A stretch of 64,000 nt of DNA from Octopus sinensis (taxonomy: Eukaryota). Positions 11,473 to 23,472 of this stretch are shown here, in pieces. The stretch spans positions 132,618,001-132,682,000 of the forward strand of contig NC_043000.1 of the NCBI RefSeq assembly GCF_006345805.1, written 5' to 3'. Numbering within the stretch: position 1 is the stretch's first letter; every line of letters starts with the position of its first letter. Under the pieces are notes generated by a model, which saw nothing but the letters and a program-made list of their open reading frames with translations, had not been told where the DNA came from and made no database searches. Made by a program: the position numbers and the translations under genes.

Positions 11473-11845
11473 CGGCGAGCTCGCAGAAACGTTAGCACGC
11501 CGGGCTCTGAGTTCAAATTCCGCCGAGGACGACTTTGCCTTTCATCCTTTCGGGGTCGATTAAATAAGTACCAGTTATGCACTGGAGTCGATATAATCGA
11601 CTTAATCTGTTTGTCTGTCCTTGTTTGTCCTCTCTATGTTTAGCCCTTTGTGGTTAGTAAAGAAATAGGCATTTCGTCGGTCTTTACATCCTGAGTTCAA
11701 ATTCCTCCAAGGTCAACTTTGCCTTTCATCCTTTCGGGGTCAATAAGTTAAGTACCAGTTGCATTGTGGGGTCAGTTTAATCGACTGCACCCCACCAAAA
11801 AAATAAAAAATAAAAATTCGGGCTTTGTGCCTAGTAAAGAAAAGA
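11473..11845 (+). mobile_element. SINE family A (dimeric)
   Basis: cggcgagctcgcagaaacgttagcacgcc...; two gcctttcatcctttcggggtc cores. Confidence 0.88.
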
Positions 11846-12542
11846 AAATTCTTCTCAAGTTATGATTTTTATTTTTTTACTGGTCAGCATATATAAATGT
11901 ATTACAAGTATTTACTGGCTGATAGACACGGCTCCTGAGTACTGAAGTTAATAAAATAGTATCTGTTGATTAAATATTTAGTTTGTTAGTCACATATCTC
12001 CGACCATTGAAAATGTACAACATTAACGAAGTAGTGTAGTTTTTCAGGGGAAATAATCCACGTAAAATAATTGTGTGTTGTCTCTCTTAGTGAATAAGTT
12101 GATTATTTTGGCTTAAAGAACTTGACACCTGCAGACGATCGGTAGGAGTAAAATCTGCCTTTTATTTACTACACGGAAGCAGCTTACCTCAGAATTAAAG
12201 TTCCCGTGCAGATGAAACTATCAGCCGTGATACATACATACGAGCGTGGGTGTACATGCACAGATGGCGTAGTTTATACACACACCACACCTACACACAC
12301 CTACAAACACTTACACACACACACATACACACATACACATACGTACGTACATACGATTTCAGTTCAAATATATAAATTTAATATTTTATACATACATACA
12401 TACATACATACATACATACATACATACATACAAGCATACATACATACATACAAGCATACATACATATATACATACATACATACATACATACATACATAAC
12501 ATACATACATACATACATACATACAAGCATATATATATGAGT

Positions 12543-12587
<45 letters not shown>

Positions 12588-12663
12588 CGTGTGTGCGTAT
12601 GTATTTATGTATGTATGTATGTTTATATATAGAGAGGGAGAAAGAGGCAAACATACATATATA

Positions 12664-13507
12664 TGTGGTCTGATTAATAAGTATCCGGACTGTTGCCATA
12701 ATAACGAAGCTAAAGCATGGAGAGTGAAGCCGCTTGGTACAGATTGACCTTAAACTCTGCTGTGCATGCACAGTAAGTTTTAACGTTCAAGATCAGATCC
12801 GCTATTTACAGCAGTGCTTGGAAGGAAGGTGAGTAGCGTGTGATCGTTGCATTGACCGTGACAGAGAAAGTTAAGCAGAGAATCTGCATCAAATTTTGAC
12901 AAAAGGTTAGCGATACTTGCTCAGAGGCCAACGCAAAGTTTTCAAAAAGTTTTCATCGTTCTCGACACATTCAAAGAGATCTTGTGCAACTGAAACCCGA
13001 GTGTCTTTTAGGTCAGCTGAAAGTGGTTTTGGCACATGCTTAGCAGACACGCGTCTCATACCCAAATCTTCAGTAATAATGGACTGAACTGAACCGTAAC
13101 TAATCTGCACACCCTCTAATAACTCACACATAGTGATTCGACGATTTTCCCTCAGGGCTGCATGCACATCTGCATGCGGGTCTCCCAGAACGTTCATCAA
13201 TATCGACATTTTTTGGCCATCTTACCACTCGTACACTTGTGTATGGCTCATATACTCCTCTCCATACACTTTCTGTAACTTTACGTCGGCCTCTGAGTAG
13301 CATCACCATGACAACTTTCTCTGTCATGGTCAATGCGACGATCACACGCTACACACTTTCTTTCCAGGCACTGCAGTAAACAGAACGTTAAAACTTAGTG
13401 CGCATACACAGCAGAGTTTAAGGTCAATCTCTGCCCAGCGGTGTCACTCTCCATGCTTTAGCTTCGTTACTATGGCAACAGTCCGGATACTTATTGATCA
13501 GACCTCG
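12664..13507. mobile_element. Mariner derivative built from two inverted 5' ends; transposase N-terminal relic on the - strand
   Basis: TA-flanked ends (ta)tgtggtctgattaataagtatccggac and gtccggatacttattgatcagacctcg(ta). The minus strand encodes DERSGRP...ENRRITMCELLEGVQISYGSVQSIITEDLGMRRVSAKHVPK (mariner HTH/WVPHEL-like region). Confidence 0.88.
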
Positions 13508-13647
13508 TATACGTATACAAATGCATTCATTCAGACACACATACACACACCACTACCACCTCACACCAAACACATAACACACACATACACACACAACATG
13601 CACACATACACACACACATATATATATATACATATATATATATATAC

Positions 13648-13683
<36 letters not shown>

Positions 13684-13688
<5 letters not shown>

Positions 13689-14370
13689 GTGTTCGGGTTA
13701 AATTTTACGATATTTTGTTTTCTCTTTTTCAGAAACAGCTTGATATATCAGGGAACAGTCAACGGCGTTGGAGAGCATAAATATTAAAGTTTAAATTGAG
13801 AAAAAGTTATCTTACGTAGAAGACTGAAAGCCATCTGAATATTGGAAAAGAGTTAGACCTGTATCATAATGATTTGCACCGGATATTAAAATCCGACATG
13901 ACTGTTGCAAAAAGGCTGTAGGACGAGACATGGACAACTGCAACGGAGACTACAAACACATGTCCAACATAAAGAGACACAGAAGGCGTTCTGGCAGCGT
14001 CAGGACAAAGTGATGGAAGGTTCAAGTAAGGGAATTGGGGCTTTGGCGAGAAATGAGTGTTAGAGTTGCTACCATGAAGCTGGTTCTGAATAAGGACCTT
14101 CGCAGTCACTCGTACAAGAAATGCAAGGAACAAATTCTTATAGGCAAAGCCAAAGAGAATTCCTTGGCGAAGGCAAAGAAGCTCCTGAACAAGCTGAGGC
14201 ACACGGATTTGGTTTTGCTCAGATGAAAAAGACTTCTGCTGGGACTAGTTGTACAACACCTAGAACAAGTGATTTACCTGTAATCCATGTGATGTCCTAC
14301 ATATCATGAAAGCTACGTTCTCCCAAACTCCGATGATCTTTAGGCGTGTCTCCAGTGAGGGTTGTGTCAC
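13684..14370 (+). mobile_element. Tc1/mariner-superfamily (maT/DD37D-like) transposase relic, 3'-truncated
   Basis: (ta)cagagtgttcggg terminus; KDLRSHSYKKCKEQILIGKAKENSLAKAKKLLNKLRH, then WFCSDEKDF and DVLHIMKATFSQTPMILGVS across frameshifts. Confidence 0.75.
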
Positions 14371-14439
14371 ATATTTGAACATATATATATATCCCTCTCC
14401 AGCCAGAAACTGCCCACATTTTCCAGAAGCTTTACAAAG

Positions 14440-14650
14440 CTGAATATATATATATAATACAAAATAGGACAAGAACGCAAAACATCCGGACAACTAAGTG
14501 ATACAAAAAGGGACAACAAAACATCCAGATAGACGATACAAAGAAAACAAGGACGGGTCATTCGAAGTTTTCTATCTTCAGCCAAGAACCAGATTATCCT
14601 CGCAATTTCGTCTCATTATTCTTGAGATTGCTCCAATCTGGCCAGCTCCA
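14440..14650 (-). mobile_element. Dispersed repeat family P3 (putative Penelope-like terminal repeat)
   Basis: Reverse complement matches 56440-56560 (cttcgaatgacccgtcc...ggatgttttgcgttctt); flanked by (TA)n. Confidence 0.55.
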
Positions 14651-14654
14651 AGGA

Positions 14655-14717
<63 letters not shown>

Positions 14718-14719
<2 letters not shown>

Positions 14720-16624
14720 GGATGTACTCAAAATATGTAAATGTATTCACGTATTGAATGATTACAAAATTCAGTGCTAAATGAAATACATGTGATTTTC
14801 ATAATTTAATAGTATCTCCAGACAAAATTTAAGTTTTTCATGAATGCCTAATTTCAAACTAATGGCTGTTTCTGCTTCAGGCTCTGCTGACAGCAAGAAG
14901 CAATGGAATCACAAATATCATGAAACAGTTCGTTCGCTATTTCTGCGCATGCTCGTTCATTGACTGCCCTCATTTCGTCGTCGAATGTTGCAGGTTTTGT
15001 ACTGCAAACTTTATCATTTAAGTATTCTTTTATTCTTTTATTCTTTTAGTTGTTTCAGTCATTTGACTGAGGCCATGCTGGGGCACCGCCTTTAGTCCAA
15101 CAAATCGGCCCCAGGACTTATTCTTTGTAAGTCTAGTACTTATTCTATCGGTCTCTTTTGCCGAACCGTTAAGTAACGGGGATGTAAACACACCAGCATC
15201 GGTTGTCAAGCGGTGGTGGGGGTACAAACACAGACACACAAACACACATATATACATACATACATATATACATATATACGACGGGCTTCTTTCAGTTTTC
15301 ATCTACCAAATCCACTCACAAGGCTTTGGTTGGCCCGTGGCGATATTAGAAGACAGTTGCCCAAGGTGCCACGTAGTGGGACTGAACCCGGAACCGTGTT
15401 TGGTAAGCAAGCTTCTTACCACACAGTTACTTCTGCGTGCGCTCGCGCGCGTGTGTGTGGAGAGAGAGAAAGAGAGAGGAAGAGAGACGAGCAGTTGAAG
15501 AAAAGTACAGAGAGTGGGGAAGGAGAAAGAGAGTAAGGCAGAAAAAGTGAGAGATATAGAGTAAGGGATTAAAGAGAAAAGCGTTAGAGAAAAGAGATAA
15601 TAGGAAGGGAGAGAGAGAGAGAGCGAGAGTGTGTTTGTGTGTTTGTGTGTGTGTGGTGTGTGTGTGTGTGTGTGTGTGTCCATGAAAAAGACCTAGAGGT
15701 ATTATGGTCGGTGGACGCAGAGGATAGTCTACTGAATCTTCGTTTAATCTAACTCTTTGCTAAAATCTCATTAAGATAGGCCCTTATATTACCATAGTAG
15801 TGTGGGGATGCTCCAACAAGCTAGAAATGAACTCCCACCTCTTCAAAGATCTCTGAATGCTTCACAGGGTAAATTTTCGCAACAAATTTAAGTAAGGCCA
15901 GTCACAAAACCGTAAAATGAGAATGGCCCACTTTAATTTTTTTGATGATAAGCTGCGTTATACTGCAATTCCTGGAAAATTAACATTATGTTCCGTAATA
16001 TGCGGATTCTCAGCTCCCCAGCAGATGCAATTGTGGAGGTTGGTTAAACCATTTACTTCAACTGTAGCCTCGCCACCTCAAGGAGTGCATCTTCTACACT
16101 TTTTGCTCCGTACCACTCGCAAAACTCCATTCTGAGGTCCGGATCATCTTCGCTGAAAGCATGGGTTATTCTTGGAATGTAACCTTTCTCATGATAGCGC
16201 TTCATGATGGACGCTTGGTTTGAAATTATTATTTCATGACTTGCTTACCTTAGATGTTTTTGAACTCTGGATATACGTTTCTATTACTTTTTCTTGCTTT
16301 GTGGAGCTCATTGATGTCATCGATTTTCTGGAATGTTTCTTGAGGACATTCCGAACAGTTCCATCGGCTTCAAACTTATCTCTAATTCGAGTGATGGTAA
16401 GAGTCAAAGGTAGATTGTTTTGAAACTCTCTCTTAAACTATCTTTACACTTTAACTGCGTTTCCAAACTTCCAGCAGCGTTTTAGGACAAATTTCTTTTG
16501 TTCAAAGCTTAGTCTGGTTCCCTTCATTGTTTTTAATGGAATAAATCCGAAAACATACAATAAAATTGATTTGAATTAAGAAAGTTTTCAGTTGTGTGTA
16601 TACATTACATTTTAGGACACCTTG
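14718..16624 (-). mobile_element. Near full-length decayed Tc1/mariner element (DUF4817-type HTH, rosa/DD41D-like), interrupted by SINE B and simple repeats at ~15023-15680
   Basis: The minus strand reads MKGTRLSFEQKKFVLK..TITRIRDKFEADGTV, HAFSEDDPDLRMEFCEW, HNCICWGAENPH, F*LVGASPHYYGNIRAYLN (FQQDGAPPH-like) and, after the insertion, LNDKVCSTKPATFDDE. The termini caaggtgtcctaaaat and taggatgtactcaaaat resemble each other and lie in TA context. Confidence 0.8.
15030..15437 (-). mobile_element. SINE family B
   Basis: Reverse complement of family B, inserted in the transposase relic. Confidence 0.9.
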
Positions 16625-16705
16625 CATATATATTCATTTATACACACATCCATATAACTGTAGGTAATTTAAGCAACTATTTCTTATTCTTTTCTTTGTC
16701 CCCAG

Positions 16706-16756
<51 letters not shown>

Positions 16757-16816
16757 CATACACATAAAATCATACATATATGCACGTACGCACGTTTATA
16801 TATATTTATATATATA

Positions 16817-17041
16817 GGCGAGCTGGCAGAAACGTTAGCACGCCGGGCGAAATGCGTAGCCGTATTTCGTCTGCCGTTACGTTCTGAATTCAAATTCCGT
16901 CGAGGTCGACTTTGCCTTTCATCCTTTCGGGGTCGATAAATTAAGTACCAGCTATGCACTGGGGTCGATGTAATGGACTTAATCCGTTTGTCTGTCCTTG
17001 TTTATCCCCTCTGTGTTTAGCCCCTTAAGGGTAGTAAAGAA

Positions 17042-17043
<2 letters not shown>
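16817..17043 (+). mobile_element. SINE family A (monomer)
   Basis: ggcgagctggcagaaacgttagcacgccgggcgaaatgcg...gtagtaaagaaat. Confidence 0.92.
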
Positions 17044-17098
<55 letters not shown>

Positions 17099-17342
17099 GT
17101 TATAAAATGATTAATAATGCATATGTATTATTCATTGATGAACTGAGACAAACATACATTCTGATAACCCCAAGCATCGGATGTAGCTTTGACATACACC
17201 GGGCTGGCTTTAGTGTGTTCGCCATGTTCGCTAGATAAAGACCATTATAACTGTACATAATCCAGAGACGTTAAACCAGTTTATTTGGGCGGAAAGAGTC
17301 TATAGAAGACTTTCATGTTTATTTTCTGAACAACATAATGTC

Positions 17343-17379
<37 letters not shown>

Positions 17380-17542
17380 ACAATTTTTAAAAAAACATTC
17401 TTTTAGTTTGTATGTTTGCAAGAAATACGTGTAACCCAGGTTATGCACTTGAGAAGATAAAAGCATGAGCGAGAGAAAGAGAGAGAGACAGACAGACAGA
17501 CAAACAGACAGACTGACTGACTGACTGAGGCAGAGACAGAGG

Positions 17543-17583
<41 letters not shown>

Positions 17584-17660
17584 TGCGTGCCTGAGAGTGC
17601 GCGCATGACTGTCTGTGAAGGAGAAAAGAGAGAGAGACGGAGAATCAGAAGAGAAAGACA

Positions 17661-17697
<37 letters not shown>

Positions 17698-18543
17698 TGT
17701 GTGTGTGTGTGTGTGTGTTTGTGTGTATGTGCGTGTGTGTGTGTAGGTTAGAGAAAAAGGAGAAGAGAAGAGCAGTTGAAGAAAAGCGAAAGTGAAAGTC
17801 AAAGAGGGAAATAGAGTAAGGGGATTAAAAAGAAAAGTGATAGAGAAAAAGAGATAATAGGAAGGAAGGGAGAGAGAGAGAGAGAGAGTGGGGGGGGAAG
17901 AGGGAGATTCGAAGAAGACCCAGCGTAGCAAGTACACCGGGTGAGCTGTGGAACATAAAAAGACGAACGTTTCCTAGATTTTGATTTATCGCATTTGAAA
18001 AACAGGAAAAGAAAAAAAAAATCAAATAAATAGATAAATAAATAAAGAAGGAAAGAGAAAAACAAAGGCAACAAAAAGTTTGAGAACAACAACAACAACA
18101 ACAACAACGACGTTAACAACAATAAGATAACTCCAACAACAGGTTCCGGTTAAATAGAAGCATTTCTGTACATGGAAAGCATTAATCATGCGGCAACAAA
18201 CTGTGCAACAATCTCAGTGAATTGAGGAGACTTTAGAATGATAGATGACGCAGTTGTAATCTTTAATTTATAGCGAGCGAACAGTAATACCTAAGTGTGG
18301 CGTACCTTCTACAGAGGTGCCAACACACGTACAAACACGAGTACGCACACGTACGTGTATAGGAAAACCCACAAATCCGCGCGAAAACACTTACACACAG
18401 GCGAACATATATTAAATATTAAATATAGATATTTATGCATGCGAATGCGTATGCGTATGGATAGGTTTGCGTTAGAAGGGTCTATTTTCAATAAATACGT
18501 GGTAAAAATATATATGCACCCATACTCACACGTGGTATGCATT

Positions 18544-18596
<53 letters not shown>

Positions 18597-18704
18597 CTCC
18601 GCTCGAAACGTTAAACCCTCCTTCTTTCCTGAGCGTCCAATAATACTATATTTGTTCCACGTCCTCGCGTTGTTGTGTTTTTTTTTGTGCTTTCTCGTTT
18701 GGAT

Positions 18705-18749
<45 letters not shown>

Positions 18750-18765
18750 AATAAATGCGCCCTTT

Positions 18766-18992
18766 AAAGCCTAGCCAGGCTCATGAGCCCGGTTCCCGGT
18801 TTCTATGGCGTATGTGTTCCCCAGCTGGACGGGACGCCAGTCCATTGCAGCATTACTCATTTTTGCGAGCTGAGTAGACTGGAGCAACGTGAAATGAAGT
18901 GTTTTGCTCAAGAATACAACGCGTCGCCCAGTCCAGGAATCGAAACCACAATCTTATGGTCATGGTGCTGACACCCTAACCACTAACCCACT
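18766..18992 (-). mobile_element. SINE, family D head with alternative tail 2
   Basis: Reverse complement gives gggttagtggttagggtg...gtttcgattcctggac...cttgagcaaaacacttcatttcacgttgctccag; the tail is gaaaccgggaaccgggctcatgagcctggctagg. Confidence 0.75.
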
Positions 18993-19001
18993 CGCCCCCC
19001 C

Positions 19002-19195
<194 letters not shown>

Positions 19196-19287
19196 ATATA
19201 TGATTAAATAATGAGGGTGGAAATTGATATTAATCAATTAAAACCAGTAGCTTAGCATATTTAAAAAAAATCTGAAGATTAAAAATT

Positions 19288-19693
19288 ATATTACATACAA
19301 AGTTAAGGGGAACGATCATTAAAGTGAACTCCTAATATGCTAGATATAGACGTCAAATCGCCATTACCACGAAGATAGTGTTCTCAAGAAAAAAAATTCA
19401 GCAAAACGCCAAAGTGTAAAAATGAGCAAGACAAATGAAAATATACGAAATAAAAAACGATTACCAACGTACCATGATTTCACTTGTTAATATTTACGTA
19501 TGTAAATATCTGCAAGATCATTAGAACTAGACACAGAACGCTATTTCGTATATTTTCATTTGCCTTGCTCATTTTTACATTTTGACGTTTTGCTGAAATT
19601 TTTTCTTGAGAACACACTTTTCGTGGTAATTTGACGTCTATATTTAGCATATTAGGAGTTCACTTTAGTGGTCATTCCTCTTAATTTTGTATG

Positions 19694-19700
<7 letters not shown>
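19288..19700. repeat. Foldback element: ~165-bp inverted arms (19288-19452 / 19542-19700), ~89-bp spacer, in (TA)n
   Basis: ttacatacaaagttaagggg...aaaatatacgaaata versus tatttcgtatatttt...cctcttaattttgtatgtaa. Confidence 0.9.
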
Positions 19701-19769
<69 letters not shown>

Positions 19770-19796
19770 CTTTATTTAAAAGCAGCAGAAATATAA

Positions 19797-19845
19797 CAAA
19801 AGCTATTACTCATAGTTTCATGTTCCCGTTCGTCGGACAGTTTTG
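19797..19845 (-). ncRNA. Mirror-image hammerhead-like fold (U4C variant, weaker stem II)
   Basis: The minus strand reads caaaactgt CCGACGA acg-ggaa-cat GAAA ctatga GTA atagcttttg. Confidence 0.45.
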
Positions 19846-19859
19846 TTAAAATATTTTAA

Positions 19860-19908
19860 CAAAACTGTCCGACGAACGGGAACGTGAAACTTTGAGTAAC
19901 AGCTTTTG
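19860..19908 (+). ncRNA. Type I hammerhead-like fold with U4C core variant
   Basis: caaaactgt CCGACGA acg-ggaa-cgt GAAA ctttga GTA acagcttttg. Stem I is 9 bp with one bulge, stem II is 3 bp with a GNRA loop, and the triplet is GUA. Confidence 0.55.
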
Positions 19909-20004
19909 TTATATTTCTGCTGCTTTTAAATAAAGCATATTACTCTACCTCTGGTATTTGAGTACTCTTTCTCCCACCTTGCTTCACATTTATGTGCTTA
20001 CTAC

Positions 20005-20041
<37 letters not shown>

Positions 20042-20175
20042 TCGCGCACATTTAAGAGGAAGCCGTAGCCCTTTCGATAATTGAAAGCAAATAATGGCTT
20101 TTAAACTCCCAAATATTGATGACAATAAGCGGCTGATAGCACCCATGATTAAATTAAATAGCTCCCATTGTGTAA

Positions 20176-20217
<42 letters not shown>

Positions 20218-22414
20218 ACCCGGGTGAGTAAACAGACGAAAAATGTAGCTCTCAACACATTTAGTTAGGCACACATTACTGAAGATTTCGTGAGCGTAAA
20301 ACATGTCAACATCATCTGATGTTCAGAGTAATGGTAAGTAAAACGGTTAAACTGTCACATATTTCTGTTGTTCTTTCACTCGTTTAAATTACTGGACTAT
20401 GTCCATAGTGGAACACACTCTAGAAGGGTATACAAAGAATCACGAACAATCCTAAACACGCATGTTCTCGCAGAAATAAGTTTAATCAATTGGGATATCA
20501 CCTGCATTGAGAAGGAAAGTCTTTTAGCATTAATGGCAATTCTTGTCAAGGAAGGTAAGGAAAGGAACAATAAAATTTTAATGAATTAAAAATGAATGGG
20601 GATATGCTTTGAGGAGTGAGTTTGGTTTTTTGAAAATGTATATTTTACAGAAACATGGCCACCTTGAAAGATCATAGGGAATCGCATAGAAAAGTGTCGA
20701 GAAAATAGAGATTTTTGTCATGTTTTTGGGTGTTGATTTGGGTACTCTCAACACAACGCTGGGTTTCATTCTTGGTGCGGTTTGTCAGCAGACCACAGCT
20801 AGGAAACGTTTTCCAACACAGCCCAGAAATCAATGGCGCTGCTGAAAAAAAAAGCATCGATGGATAGTTATTTGTTAAGTGTTTTTGTTGTCTTCAAATC
20901 TGAGTGTCGCTTTCGAGTATTTGCAACAGAATAAGCTCAAATAAAATCTTTCAGTGACCAGAGGTGGTGTTATACCGGGAACGTGTTAGTGCTTCTAAAC
21001 CTCCGAAAGTAACAATAATAAAATAAATACACAGCTAATGATGGGTTCCGTTTATTGTGCCTCGTCACCATTGGAAGATAATTTTCATTTCAGAATGATG
21101 AAGCTGTTTAAGCCACATATCTAACGAACAGGATTTGTTTATGTGCTGAAAGAAAGTTAAAATAATATCTAAAGAAATATTGAGGAAACGAGAAAGAGAT
21201 TGCCTAGAGATTGATGAGATTACTTCAGCAAAGATAATATAATGCAGGATGAGAAAAGAAATTTTGAGAATATATTCCCGCGTTGAAAGGTTGTCAGAGA
21301 ATACGAGGCGCTGGCTGTGGCTTGTTTTCGAAAGATAAAGCTGTATTGATTACCGTAATATTAAATATTTAAGCTTACATTGTACACTCATACACACATG
21401 TGCTGGAATGTTCCTCTCAAAAAAGCTGTAGACACAACACAAGAGATATAATGAATAAGGACAGAGAATAGAGACCATACACAGAAGTAAAAGTCAGATA
21501 TCTAGCAGATGTTAAAATTCTTCTTCAAGCAACCGCAACCGAAAAACGTTTTATCACGCTGCGCTAGGAATTTCTGTTCCCCATTAGCTTTGGTAGGTCC
21601 TAAATTTCATGTTGTGTGTCACAGTCAATAGCATCAATGTTATCATCTTTTATTAAGTGCGTAAGTCTCCCAAAATCAACATCTCTAGATGTTAACACAA
21701 TGTAAAAGATAAGAGTAAAAGATAATAACTATGTCGAACTAAAGAGACATCTGCAGATATTTCAATCGTAAAATAACTTCTAAGTAAAATGTTTTAATGT
21801 GTTTGGTGTTAGAACTAGAATGAAAACGATTTTGGTCAAAATGCATCATGGCTTGATAAAAATGAAGAAGGAATACTATCAACTTTGAGACTTAAAGCTG
21901 CATAAAAGGAAAGCACAAGGGAGCATCCTGAAATTTAGATACCGGTACTAGATGTTGGCGTTGTACAGAAAGTCACTTTATGTATATTTAAGAAAAATAT
22001 GCAAGACCTGAGCATGAGCAAGTTTAGTTACTAAGAATGAAAACACTGGTTTGTATGTATGTATGTACGTATGTATGTATGTATGTATGTATGTATGTAT
22101 GTATGTATGTATGTATGCATGTATGTATGTATGTATGTATGTATAGATGGATGTAATTACATGCATACATACATACATACATACATACATACATACATAC
22201 ATACATACATACATACATACATACATACATACATACATACATACAAATTACCACACCATGGTCAACAGTTATCACTGACAACTATTAAGCAACAGTCTTT
22301 GAATGTGTCACTCAGACAACACAAGTTGTACAGTAATAAAAGAAATGAGTACAATATATGCATACCCAAAAGTGAGAGCAACATCTTCACAGTAAGGGAA
22401 GAACTTCCGAGATA

Positions 22415-23290
22415 GTACTCTGAGAGTATTACTATCTCATACGACCCAAAAGAGGCTGGATTAGCCTACTTAAACAGAAGCTTGAAGTATCATGCCTGCA
22501 AAATAACAAAACATGGGTACATATCCTGTAAGCTAGAGGATAGCAGCAGTATCGACAGGAAGAGTACTTCTCCTGAACCTGTGACAAATACTTTACATCC
22601 CATCTAGATAAATATACCTTCACTATCCAGGAACAGAAGATAGATACCTGATAAGCAAGAGAGAAAAAGATACCACCAAACCTCTACGTTGTGATAAAAA
22701 AAATGTCGGCTATGCTATACTAGTGTGGAAGATATCACCCACGTCATCAGCAACTGCTCAAAATGTCTAAGAGATTCTACCTATTGTTGAGATTTGATGT
22801 AGTTACAACGCTTACCCGCAGGAAGAACTGCCCAGATGGATACATCAAACACATGTCAGAACCAGAATGTATTCCCACTTTTAAAAACAAGGAATACTTC
22901 AATAAAAGCAGCAATTCGATGCAAACATAACAGCTGTATATTGTTCTGTGGGACAAAAGTCATGCATTATTGTAGAGATCAGCTGTCCAGCAGATGTGAA
23001 TGTGCCATTAAAACTACAGAAGAGAAGAGAACATTTAAGGGGAATTCATGCAGAGCTTACGGCTTTTGTGCTCTGACTATAGATTCTCATTTGTATCTAT
23101 CATCATAGGAGCATTAGGCTATGTAACTACAGATTTACACAAAACCCTAGAAATGCTAGATTTTTCGAAGAAAAAGCAAAAGAAACTGACATGCGATCAC
23201 CAAATCCAATCTATTAGTGGCACAATGACATTCCAGAAATGCTCTTACATTTGTAAGACGTTCCAAAAATACTCAATCTGAGATTTTATA
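22415..23290 (+). mobile_element. R4/Dong-like RLE LINE, decayed C-terminal region
   Basis: TSHLDKYTFTIQEQ; CRLCYTSVEDITHVISNC (CCHC finger); CIIVEISCPADVNVPLK; FVSIIIGALGYV (restriction-like endonuclease). Confidence 0.75.
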
Positions 23291-23472
23291 AATGAATGGA
23301 TGCACAAATTTGGTTGCGTGCATCGACAGCTGAACCAATATACTAACTCAACCACATATTTACAATCTCTGGGAACCTTCTTAACTCAAAATGTCTTGCT
23401 GCTTTTTTTAACGATCGGCTTGAACTCTTTTAAGAACTTAAATAAACCTCAAAGAAAAACGTACATACATAC

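Larger units (their letters stand above)
19765..19940. repeat. 176-bp near-perfect palindrome centred at 19852/19853
   Basis: ctttatttaaaagcagcagaaatataacaaaagc...ttaaaat|attttaa...gcttttgttatatttctgctgcttttaaataaag. Confidence 0.95.

Noticed and set aside
20279-20307. CTGAAGA-hairpin-AAAC-ATGTC hammerhead-like motif
   Set aside because: G12 is missing and stem I does not pair.
20650-20830. Acceptor plus ATG (ttttacag|aaacATGGCC) suggesting an exon
   Set aside because: The frame closes after 17 codons, with no donor or recognisable product.
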